Shown here: positions 12,001-20,818 of the stretch, one piece after another
How the letters are laid out: the number at the start of each line of letters is the position of its first letter
Position numbering within the stretch: position 1 is the first letter of the stretch
Assembly: GCA_002269645.1 (NCBI GenBank)
Contig: NIVC01002110.1
Span: 1 to 64,000 of the forward strand
From: Macrostomum lignano
Taxonomy: Eukaryota
Direction of reading: 5' to 3'
Length of the DNA stretch: 64,000 bases
The notes under the pieces: generated by a model
The model's input: the letters and a program-made list of their open reading frames with translations, nothing else
What the model was told of the DNA's origin: nothing
Database searches by the model: none
Made by a program: the position numbers and the translations under genes

Positions 12001-15000
12001 CATGCACTACAGTGGGGTAAGAAGGGAGAGGGTATGGTGGGGTAAGAAGGGAGAGGGTATGGTGGGGTAAGAAGGGAGAGGGCATGGTGGGGTAAGAAGG
12101 GAGAGGGCATGGTGGGGTAAGAAGGGAGAGGGCATGGTGGGGTAAGAAGGGAGAGGGTATGGTGGGGTAAGAAGGGAGAGGGCATGGTGGGGTAAGAAGG
12201 GAGAGGGCATGGTGGGGTAAGAAGGGAGAGGGCATGGAGGGGTAAGAAGGGAGAGGGTATGGTGGGGTAAGAAGGGAGAGGGTATGGTGGGGTAAGAAGG
12301 GAGAGGGCATGGTGGGGTAAGAAGGGAGAGGGTATGGAGGGGAAAGAGGCAAGAGGGTAGGGAGGAGACATGAAAGATAAGATGGTACTACAGAGAGATA
12401 GAGGATACGAAAGATTGAGAAGTTGCTGGAGACAAGAGAAAATAGAGAAAAGATAGATTAAAAAGATACCCACCTGCTCAGCCCGGTCCATCAGCAGGTC
12501 CAAGCACTGTAGAACATCGTCGCTCTGTTTCCTACCAGTGCTATGCAGCTTAACTCTCGGATTATTCACGTGCTTATGCAAAGAATCCGCGCAGCTTTTC
12601 ACGCTAACTAATCGTTTACAGTCGAGACTGGCGCATAGGCCAAGCACGTGATCCATAGCCTCCTCCGTGTTGTGAGCCTGCCCGGTGCCCGGACTGGCTG
12701 TCAGGCCGACTATTTGCGGCAGGCGAAGGCCGGGCGACTGCTGCTGCCGCTCCTTCAGCTGGTCACGGTGACGGAGGCAATGATTAACATGGCATTTTAT
12801 AATTATAGCTTCTCTGTGATTCTTCTTAGTTTATTATTGTGAAAAGCTTTCAATATGACTTATTGGTGCTTTAGTGACCTCCCCTACGAGTCCTCTTCCT
12901 CAGAGATGCTTCAGTGATCTCCCCTATGAGTCCTCTTCCTCATAGGTGCTTCAGTGACCTCCCCTATGAGTCCCCTCCGTCAGAGGTGCTTCAGTGACCT
13001 CCCCTAGGAGTCCCCTTCCTCAGAGGTGCTTCAGTGACCTCCCCTATGAGTCCTCTTCCTCAGAGGTGCTTCAGTGACCTCCCCTACGAGTCCTCTTCCT
13101 CAGAGATGCTTCAGTGATCTCCCCTATGAGTCCTCTTCCTCATAGGTGCTTCAGTGACCTCCCCTATGAGTCCCCTCCGTCAGAGGTGCTTCAGTGACCT
13201 CCCCTAGGAGTCCCCTTCCTCAGAGGTGCTTCAGTGACCTCCCCTATGAGTCCTCTTCCTCAGAGGTGCTTCAGTGACCTCCCCTATGAGTCCTCTTCCT
13301 CAGAGGTGCTTCAGTGACCTCTCCTATGAGTCCTCTTCCTCAGAGGTGCTTCAGTGACCTCCCCTATGAGTCTTCTTCCTCAGAGGTGCTTCAGTGACCT
13401 CTCCTAGGAGTCCCCTTCCTCAGAGGTGCTTCAGTGACCTCTCCTAGGAGTCCCATTCCATAGGAGTGTACAGCGGCCCTGACTTTATTTATCGTTAGGC
13501 ATGTACACTTCACTGTGCCTTAGGGGTTGGCCCTCAATGGCGTTAACTGCCCAAAATTAATGTGACTGCATTCGGAATCGAGCCTGGGCCGCTGGCACAC
13601 CAGAGCGCCACGCTAGACCACTGGGCTACGGCCACAACCTACCTGAAAGTAGTACTCCATAATCTTGTTAGACGGGTGATCCTTGGCGCAGTTGTGACAC
13701 TCGTCGAATATAATGAGTTTGAACTTTGTCAAATCGCCATTTAGACCGTCTTCGTCTTTGTCCTTTAAACTGTTGAGCAGAATCTGGGTGCTCACTATGA
13801 GCACAGAGTGATGACGAAGCTGGTAGCTGAGCGGAGCGCGTTCGCCTTCGCCTCCAGTGACGGGAGAAATCCTGCAAATTGTGTTTTTGTAATATATTGA
13901 TTTAAACTAGCATTTCAATACATGTCGGCTGTTGAAACATTCTCGAACTTTACATACTACTGTTTTATCGCTTTTAAGTAGTATACACATATAGTTAGAA
14001 AACTCAATTATTAACTCAACAGCAAAATCCCTAATCTCAAAACTGCCAAATCCCCAATCTCAAAACTGCCAAATCCCCAATCTCAAAACTGCCAAATCCC
14101 CAATCTCAAAACTGCCAAATCCCCAATCTCAAAACAACAAAATCCCCAATCTCAAAACAGCCAAATCCCCAATCTCAAAACAGCAAAATCCCCAATCTTA
14201 AAACTGCCAAATCCCCAATCTCAAAACAGCCAAATCCCCAATCTCAAAACTGCCAAATCCCCAATCTCAAAACAGCAAAATCCCCAATCTCAAAACTGCT
14301 AAATCCCAATCTCAAAACTGCCAAATCCCCAATCTCAAAACTTCTAAATCCCAATCTCAAAACTGCCCAAACCAGATATTTATAAAACCATCGAATAAAA
14401 ACTTGAGTATGATAAACAGTGAGCACAGTGAAAGCAGAGCACACCCGCCAACTTACTTATCTCTAAATCTAGCCGGCAGTTGAGCTTTAAAGGCTTCGTA
14501 CTGCTGCTCAACCAGATGCTTCCTATCGGCCAGAAAGCACACCGAGCATCCGGGTCTTCTTCTAACCGAGCTCCGGCTATCCTGATGCTGACCAGAGTCT
14601 TGCCCGAACCTGTTGGCGCCACGATCACCGAGTTGAGGCCGGCCACCCCGCTGGCAGCCAGCTCCTCCTGGTACACCCGCATCTGCTGGATGCCCGACTG
14701 AGCTGCCTCCTGATCCACTTCCTTGATGAGCTTGTCTTAAATGCGGTAAAATTATATCACAGGGTTGAAAATGTTTGAAAATCTTAAATACTAAAATCCC
14801 TAATCATAATCATATAATCCCAAATCCTTAACTCCCAAATCCCTAACTATAGAATCTCAAATCCCTAACTATAGAATTAGAATCCCAAATCCCTAACTAT
14901 AGAATCTCAAATCCCTAACTATAGAATCCCAAATCCCTAACTATAGAATCTCAAATCCCTAACTATAGAATCCCAAATCCCTAACTACAGAATCCCAAAT

Positions 15001-17868
15001 CCCTAACTATAGAATCTCAAATCCCTAACTATAGAATCCCAAATCCCTAACTATAGAATCTCAAATCCCTAACTATAGAATCTCAAATCCCTAACTATAG
15101 AATCCCAAATCCCTAACTACAGAATCCCAAATCCCTAACTATAGAATCTCAAATCCCTAACTATAGAATCCCAAATCCCTAACTATAGAATCCCAAATCC
15201 CTAACTATAGAATCTCAAATCCCTAACTATAGAATCTCAAATCCCTAACTATAGAATCCCAAATCCCTAACTATAGAATCCCAAATCCCTAACTATAGAA
15301 TCCCAAATCTCTAACTATAGAATCCCAAATCCCTAACTATAGAATCTCAAATCCCTAACTATAGAATCCCAAATCCCTAACTATAGAATCCCAAATCTCT
15401 AACTATAGAATCCTACTTCTAACCTAGGCCCTATCAAATTTCGAGTTACAAAGCTGACAATTTTAATCTCAAAGCCTAACCATTCCCGATCTGAAATCGA
15501 ACGCCAACTCTCACTCCATTATACGAGCCGTACTTTCAAATCCATCATCCATCGATTCACCTGTCTCTTTAGCAATATCCATCATCTTCAACAGCTTAGT
15601 TGCCGGTTCGCTTTGCTGCTCCTCGAAATCCATGCTCTGTGCTGCAGACTGCAGTTGCTGCTGGCTCTGCTGCTTCTGCGGCAAGGCTCGAATCGGGGAG
15701 CTTTCATTTGAGCTGCTGCTGGCTTGAGCATTCGAGGCGGAAGACGCCGGCCTGCTCAATATTGAGATTTTGTGAAACAAATTTGCCTAAAATTTCTGAC
15801 GAAAAAACTATAAGATTTTAATTGGTCAGGATTAAGGATTGGGATTTGTCGGTATTAAGGATTGGGATTTGTCAGGATTAAGGATTGGGCTTTGTCAGGA
15901 TTAAGGATTGGGATTTCAACAAATGAGAACGAGATGCCGACCTACCCGGCAAGCAATAAGCTCTGGTGCACTCTGTGCACCTGTGGAGACTCAATAACAG
16001 GCTTAACAGCAGCAGCAGTTGAAGACTCAAAGTCTGCAGCCAAACTATCGCAGTTCATGCAGAAGTACAGATCAAGAGCTTCGCTGATTGTATTGCGAGC
16101 AGTTCGCCTGGTGTCCGCAATGTTGGACAGCAGCTGGGCTCGGGTGTCGGTTAGGCTGCTGTCAAAGTCTGTCATCAGTGGCGAGATGCGGAGAAATGTA
16201 GGGCGATTCTCAATCTAAAGGATGACGATTCTCTCTCTACGGCAAAGAAGGGCGATCCTCAATATAAAAAAGGGCGATTCTGAATCTAAAGAAGGGCGAT
16301 TCTCACTCTCTAAAGGATGACGATTCTCTCTCTATAGAAGGGCGATTATCACTCTCTAAAGGATGACGATTCTCTCTCTATAGAAGGGCGATTATCACTC
16401 TCTAAAGGATGACGATTCTCTCTCTATAGAAGGGCGATTATCACTCTCTAAAGGATGACGATTCTCTTTCTTAAGAAGGGCGATTCTCTCTCTACAGAAG
16501 GGCGATTCTCAATCTAAAAAAAGGGCGATAATTCTCACTCTAAAGAAGGGTGATTCTCTCTCTACAGAAGGGCGATTCTCAATCTAAAAAAGGGCGATTC
16601 TCACTCTAAAGAAGGGCGATTCCCACTCTAAAGGATGATGATTCGATCTCTCTACGGCAAAGAAGGGCGACTCTCAATATAAAAAAGGGCGATTCTCAAT
16701 CTAAAGAAGGGCGATTCTCCTTCTTAACGACGATTCTGAATCTAAAGAAGGACGATTCTCCCTCTAAATAAAGGCGATTCTCACTCTAAAGAAGGGCAAT
16801 TCTCAATCTAAAGAAGGGATTCTCAATAAGCTTATAGTCACAGAGGCAATTTCTAGAGGCCATACAAAGTTGATTAAACAAAATTAAGCTTAGGCCTACT
16901 GCTAGCAAAAAAGCTCTGAAAGTCTGGCAGGATCTCGTCAAGCTGCGTAAAAGCACCACACTGGATCATGGCTGCAATGAGGCGCTGTGTCCAATCAGGC
17001 TTGCCAATAAGTAGTGACAGAAGCACCACATCTTCTGCAAAATTATATAAGGCATATTCTCTATTTTATGAAATTATCAATAATTAAGCTATTGAAAACC
17101 AAACAATATACTACTCACTTTTAGTACTATCAACCTCATCAAAAGTAGCCAAGTCAGCTTCTGTCAATGTATTCGTTGTTAACAATGATGCCAACAAGTC
17201 ATCCAATGTTAGCAAGTCAAATTTAATTGAAGACTGGCCATTTGCTTTTTGATAATATTGAGCTAGGCAGCAAATTAGCCTTTGTTCTCTACTGCCACTT
17301 TCAAACTTAACTAAACCATTGTTATCTTGCATGTCTGAAAAAGCAATATATTATAAAAGATGATACTTAAAATTTAAATTAAATACTAATAATAACATTA
17401 TATTTTTCTATGCTAAAATTAAAAATAGTAGGCCTAAACTCACTTTTCTGCACAGATAAATAGAATTTTTCATATTTTTGCAACCTTTTCGAGCTGTGCA
17501 ATGCTTCTAATAGCATAGTTGAGACTCCAAGTAGTTGATCAGGTGAATTGCTATCAGTTACCAGTTGTTTTGCCAATTGTATATTAGAAAGAGTATCTAA
17601 AAACAAAGATATATAAAAAGGTTAGAGCATGAGGTTAAACTTCATGAACAATTTAAAAGTCAACAAAACTATTAATTTACTGACAGTGTCAATTAAGATA
17701 TTTTAAAAGCCTTCAGAAAAACCTTTGATCAAACTTACCAGGATCAAAACAGTCCGCAATGTCAGTTGGAAAACTTAGGATTTTATGCAGTTGCTTTTTA
17801 AAATCTTGTTTACCAGAACTAGTCGCAGAAACTTCAATCAGAAGTTGGTAAACAATCTCTTTAGCCAT
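1..17868 (-). CDS. RIG-I-like receptor (RLR) DExD/H RNA helicase gene, 3'-partial, 12 exons seen; several apparent 1-bp frameshifts
   Basis: GT-AG exons read by hand: 17868-17739, 17596-17444, 17334-17119, 17034-16900, 16168-15946, 15751-15515, 14735-14457, 13871-13643, 12758-12474, 1687-1439, 1073-811, 63-1. Ordered RLR motifs: MRVYQEELA / APTGSGKT / FLADRKHLVEQQ / IIFDECH / LPQIVGLTASPG / ITGANAS-GGITQTSQSELLSQFRNG. Two junction phases (15515/14735 and 1439/1073) do not reconcile. Confidence 0.88.
90..775. repeat. About 21-25-bp intronic minisatellite
   Basis: cccctactgtctcaccattg units. Confidence 0.95.
811..1687 (-). CDS. RLR Hel2i/Hel2 exons (1687-1439, 1073-811), frameshifted
   Basis: RLHHCNVATLLWSLFRSNDAVK(Y)IKEHL resembles RIG-I HLRKYNDAL..DALDYL; PALNQLRQILAEQFQRQPDSRAL; GITGANAS. 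Several indels are needed to join the frames. Confidence 0.75.
1130..1410. repeat. About 31-bp intronic minisatellite
   Basis: ctgaggatctgtgggcctgtcatctcaaatt. Confidence 0.93.
1863..2757 (-). repeat. 3' LTR (895 bp)
   Basis: By eye it differs from the 5' LTR by 2 substitutions and about 7 single-base indels, mostly in homopolymers; AATAAA (minus) at 2247-2252. Confidence 0.97.
2758..2769 (-). promoter_or_regulatory. Polypurine tract
   Basis: AGGAGGGGAGGG abutting the 3' LTR, preceded by a T-rich tract. Confidence 0.9.
3020..3430. repeat. GC-rich 21/42-bp tandem repeat in the element 3' UTR
   Basis: gccgacaggacgcgcagatg / gccgacagggcacgcaggtt alternation, grading into gccgcagaagccggcagg units. 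Confidence 0.9.
3467..4501 (-). CDS. Intronless J-domain (DnaJ/Hsp40-like) protein encoded inside the retrotransposon
   Basis: MDLYAVLQV...EIRRVYRQLALFWHPDKHP...RFQEIETAGRILSCPYRRAMYD is a complete J-domain with HPD, followed by an acidic tract and a helical region; lies between pol and the 3' LTR in the same orientation. Confidence 0.88.
   Translation of the reverse strand: MDLYAVLQVGHTAERAEIRRVYRQLALFWHPDKHPDKELAGRRFQEIETAGRILSCPYRRAMYDQLGDKSIPYDEAVTFAMTFIPPTGVRMPADIEEGVQQRREVEEAQRKEAGLRQGRQGQRNDYEADGYILISDDDESEESDECSIDTEEEDELLASDGSSGSSESEAMEIDVPESKEVVSHRASGAIWDDEKLSLSAAARQLRHRLMKHILAGQSDGIVSVLTAMRRLFRDSQREPRSALSMVLLQALFFIRRDIAPVKRQRAGRRYWSRQSFDCFVRQLCHELIPLFGLRRPGRLLEVLKSCVGLPGLRVRWVPSSDSYCIFCLLVCMLLRSYCMGLFAC
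4925..10039 (-). CDS. pol: Pol polyprotein (PR-RT-RNase H-IN), split by three apparent 1-bp deletions near 7050, 6730 and 5775
   Basis: ALVDSGAS (PR); PWCFPLVCVKKKSGEMRMCVDYRKLN and YIDD (RT); TDGSSKMGIGAVLSQ (RH); HH-CC, DIVGPL, HSDQGRNFES (IN). Confidence 0.96.
8820..9905 (-). repeat. 30-bp coding minisatellite (about 35 copies) inside pol
   Basis: Encodes HQ(H/P)PVSGT(A/V)(S/P) repeats, in frame between NC and PR. Confidence 0.95.
9949..10869 (-). CDS. gag: Gag (capsid plus CCHC nucleocapsid)
   Basis: Position after the PBS; CYNCGEIGHLSFQC zinc knuckle; capsid-like WLQSFNEYC...ESVETYGDELLEL; first ATG at 10869. Confidence 0.93.
   Translation of the reverse strand: MGDQAMDQLIDALAARLRANADRAAPRLSKPPKYIPTMNFSLWLQSFNEYCEAVGIEEEARRPHLIGLLDLTTAYAAVDKLDLADDIEYGEFTDALLARFTMNRTAQDYRFELSNRDQLDKESVETYGDELLELVRNAFPTADADTRTELAKDRFLKGVRVTDTVRERLYLQQRANLTDAIRTVRQLEAAQKASSTQSKARPRAGLNAFATETSTGDTGKDEELRQLRQKVKKMEEKIRRMEQMQQGQQEPPEPGLQDKQQSKQAAPSSSKQRSGVKCYNCGEIGHLSFQCPKPGKGKRGPPAGGK
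9982..9988 (-). promoter_or_regulatory. Candidate -1 ribosomal frameshift heptamer G GGA AAA
   Basis: X XXY YYZ heptamer in the gag/pol overlap; a -1 slip enters the pol frame; AGGGGC...GCCCCT stem starts about 6 nt downstream. Confidence 0.7.
11094..11111 (-). promoter_or_regulatory. Primer-binding site complementary to tRNA-Lys3(UUU)
   Basis: TGGCGCCCGAACAGGGAC, 3 nt inside the 5' LTR; 18/18 match to the known tRNA-Lys3 PBS sequence. Confidence 0.93.
11115..12011 (-). repeat. 5' LTR (897 bp)
   Basis: Near-identical to 1863-2757. Reads TGTAGTGCATG...GTTACAACA on the minus strand. TATA-like TATTTAT at 11727-11733, CCAAT near 11801, AATAAA at 11500-11505. Confidence 0.97.
12012..12345. repeat. 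25-bp purine-rich minisatellite (target of the LTR insertion; continues at about 1825-1862)
   Basis: gtggggtaagaagggagagggtatg; removing the element rejoins the unit exactly. Confidence 0.95.
12474..12758 (-). CDS. RLR exon with motif III (last exon before the LTR-element intron)
   Basis: LPQIVGLTASPGTGQAHNTEEAMDHVLGLCASLD; ends GAG CAG|GTGGGT, phase 0. Confidence 0.92.
12870..13460. repeat. 40-bp minisatellite with 200-bp (5-mer) higher-order repeat
   Basis: cagaggtgcttcagtgacctcccctatgagtcctcttcct; diagnostic variant recurs at 12901 and 13101. Confidence 0.93.
13463..13635 (-). mobile_element. tRNA-derived SINE, 3'-truncated
   Basis: GGCCGTAGCCCAGTGG A-box and GGCTCGATTCC B-box; homologous to 40052-40412. 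Confidence 0.85.
13643..13871 (-). CDS. RLR exon with DECH motif II
   Basis: ISPVTGGEG...VLIVSTQILLNSL...FKLIIFDECHNCAKDHPSNKIMEYYFQ; canonical splice sites. Confidence 0.92.
14020..14365. repeat. 23-bp minisatellite
   Basis: aaaactgccaaatccccaatctc. Confidence 0.95.
14457..14735 (-). CDS. RLR exon with Q motif, Walker A and motif Ia
   Basis: MRVYQEELAASGVAGLNSVIVAPTGSGKTL, then (after a 1-nt shift near 14540) VCFLADRKHLVEQQYEAF. Confidence 0.9.
14830..15415. repeat. 22-bp minisatellite containing CCCTAA
   Basis: aaatccctaactatagaatc(c/t)c. Confidence 0.95.
16200..16830. repeat. Degenerate intronic minisatellite
   Basis: gaagggcgattctc(a/t)ctctaaa core. Confidence 0.9.
16900..17868 (-). 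CDS. RLR N-terminal exons, probable tandem death-fold (CARD-like) helical domains
   Basis: Four exons joined in consistent phase 1 from an ATG at 17868 (MAKEIVYQLL...STMLLEALHSSKRLQKYEKFYLSVQK...LTLDDLLASLLTTNTLTEADL...VVLLSLLIGKPDWTQRLIAAMIQCG). The amphipathic helix pattern resembles CARD; assignment by eye only. Confidence 0.6.
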
Positions 17869-18778
17869 TTTATATATAGTAAGCTTACTGTGATAGCCAG
17901 ATCTTTGAAATAAATTATACTTTTATAGGCACAATAAATACTTGTCAGTTAGAAAGGCAAGTGACAAGTGACAAAATCCAAAAGGATTTTGGCACAGATA
18001 TATTATGTAATCTAAGCTTGTGTTGCATGCCTGTAAGAGTAAGACTGCAGCGCCAATATTTATGAATATAAAGTTTTCGCTTTTAAACGCAGATGGAATG
18101 GAATTTCCAAGAAATTTTGTGAATTTTCGTACGCAAGGGGAGTTTGGTGTACATTAGCTCCTTAGTGTACAATTGTACTTAAATAATGTACATCAAGCTT
18201 TTACAGCCTGGAGTGAAAGGAACTATAAATAGAATAGAACATTGTATGGAGCGAAATGTACACACAATCCCGACTTTGTGGAAACTGGTATAGCCCCTCC
18301 TGTTTCTGCTCATGTTATTATACTAAAAGCCCATCCACGTTAGGGTTAGGGTTAGGGGAAGGACAAATAAAGCAAGGTATATATTCATATATATGAATAC
18401 TATTTTAGTAGTCTTTACCCGGGTTAGGATCTACGAACTTTGCCAGCCGGAAGGTTGCCAGCCGGAAAGAATTGCCATATGCAGCCGGAAGGTTGCCAGC
18501 CGGAAGAAGGTTGCCTGCCAGCCGGCAGGTTGCCAGGCCAAGAAAATTTGCTGCAAAATAGCTACCAGGTCAGAATGTCAGCTGCTGTCTAATTTTACAA
18601 TTATAATAAATTAAGAGCTGAAGTAGCAATATACTAATGCATTTCAGGTATATTTACAGGTATTTACAGGTATTTACACGCATTTACACGCATTTACAGG
18701 TATTCGATCAGGCTGCATAAAACCTTTACTTTTAGCAATTGTATTTAGCAAGCTTTTTAGCAATACAATATGTGCAAT

Positions 18779-18979
18779 CAGGGGCGGATTTAGGGGGGGG
18801 GGGCGGCAAAATAGCTTGACAGAACATATTGCGCGGTTTGCGCTACCTAAGCTTGATTTTTCGCCCCCTCCACGCAATTTTTGCGCTCCTAGCTTAAAAA
18901 TTGGCGCCCCTTATACTCGAGTTGGCGCCCCAAACTTGGACCGCCCCCCCCCCCAAATGAAACTCTAGATCCGCCACTG
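18779..18979. mobile_element. hAT-family MITE (201 bp)
   Basis: TIR CAG(G/T)GGCGGAT(T/C)TAG; exact 8-bp TSD TGTGCAAT. Confidence 0.92.
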
Positions 18980-18996
18980 TGTGCAATATTTGCTTA

Positions 18997-20818
18997 CATC
19001 CCGGCGGTAAAAATCACGTCGAAATGACGTCGAAAAGCGACGTCGAAATTTCATGTCGATTTGAACCACGATTTCGACGTCGAAATTTTCGCCATCAGAT
19101 GTAGAGTGTGCGACGTCGCGTTTTCCACTATTGATGGCGAAAAGTCGACGTCGTTCATATTCATGATGACCGCAAGTAGATGGCGATTTTCGACAAATTG
19201 ACGATTTTTATCTACATATACTAATTAATATTAATAATATACTGTAGTGCATTAGTTTCATATAGTTATAAAAAGTTATTTTTTTCAATAGTCATAAACT
19301 GACGAACTACATGTACGATCTACAAACGAACTAAGCTGACGAAACATAAATGTTAATCCATACACTAAAGTCACTAATCTACCTAAATAGGAAAGAAATA
19401 TTTAAGCATAAAATGCCAAGCAAGGCTGCATGACGTTTCATTTGCTATCCAAACCAGATCCTATTATCCTGCAACCATGAAAAAGTATACAGTGTATATT
19501 CAATTCACCAGCAATTGGAAACGATCATAGAAATAGCATCAAAGCTATCAAGAATAGAAAATAGACGATGGAAAAATAAGGAACAACAATGTCAACAAAT
19601 GCAACTAAATGTAATTCAACAAATTGTAATCGTGAAAGGGAAACACTGAAAATCAACGGCGTCTGCGTGGTTACTCCACACGGAAATTCAGCTTTTGCGT
19701 CTTGTGCGGTCACGTAGGACGTCCTCAGCCGCCGAGTTGACAGAGGGGCATTTGCTGGAATTTTTGGTAGAGTAAGCAGCGGCTTTACTAAACAAGTAAA
19801 ATACTATACAATGTTCTATATATTCCTGGGCCATATAGAGCATTTATAAAAGTTTTTATAGCATAGTTACATAGTATATCCTGTTTTCATTACATAGAAA
19901 AAATAGATAATTATAGTATGAGTAGTATTTCATGCTCTAGATGCTGGCGATAAGGTACTTAAATGCTATAGCTGTTCTAGTTATTTCATGAGCAGTTATG
20001 GGTTGGGCTATGCTTTTATTTAGAATGTAACAAACATATATTAGAATGAATAATTAAATAATTAATGTTTAAATGGGATAATTATATATACTATTTAGGC
20101 TAAAATTATAATTACGTCTATGTCCTAAATGTCCTAAAAATTTTTTCATAACAAACATTCTTTTAGCTATAGAATTGTGCTTTTATTACATTTATAAAAG
20201 CTAATCTATTATTGTTTATTAAATATTACACTATTATTAATTTCCAATAAGCTGTACTAAAACGTAAAAAGTTGCTAATTTATGGCTACTTTATTATTAA
20301 TTCACTTATCCTGTATAAAAAGTTAAACCTATCCGTCCTATAAGCAACAGTATTATAAAACATCGAACTTTAAACGCATAAATTGTATATCACATTAATT
20401 ATCGAAAAAATAATGAAACGCAATGAAAGAATATGAATTGCCATGTTTGTTACAGAAAATTTACGTTAAAGATTTACGTATGAATCGCAGTAAAATAATT
20501 TGGAAGTCTGCAATTGACAAATAATAGATCGACATTCAGCATGGCTATATTTTTAAAAAGGTGTATCTCGCGATGCGTTGAAACAAAAAAAACGTTGTGT
20601 CAGTTTTACTGAATTTATTGATCCTTTCAATACACTGAAAATCACGTTGAAAAAATATTTTTCAAATATCACTAATAATTATTTCTGCAAAAAAGAAGAT
20701 AAAAATTTCATATCGAAATTTCGACGTCAAATGAAGGTTCAAACGACTACTCATTTGTCGCAAGTTTTTGAAAGGCGAATATCGACGTCATTTCGACGTG
20801 ATTTTTACCGCCGGGATG
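18997..20818. mobile_element. 1.8-kb non-autonomous DNA transposon with perfect 37-bp TIRs
   Basis: TIR CATCCCGGCGGTAAAAATCACGTCGAAATGACGTCGA at both ends; TA flanks (or an AT TSD if the ends are CCCGGC); AT-rich interior with no ORF. Confidence 0.9.

Larger units (their letters stand above)
1863..12011 (-). mobile_element. Full-length Ty3/gypsy LTR retrotransposon (about 10.15 kb) carrying an extra J-domain ORF
   Basis: Direct LTRs with TG...CA ends, 4-bp TSD GTGG (1859-1862 and 12012-12015), PBS, PPT, gag with CCHC knuckle, domain order PR-RT-RH-IN. Confidence 0.97.

Noticed and set aside
18340-18357. Chromosome end or telomere fusion site
   Set aside because: Only three TTAGGG units, embedded in a repeat-element flank.
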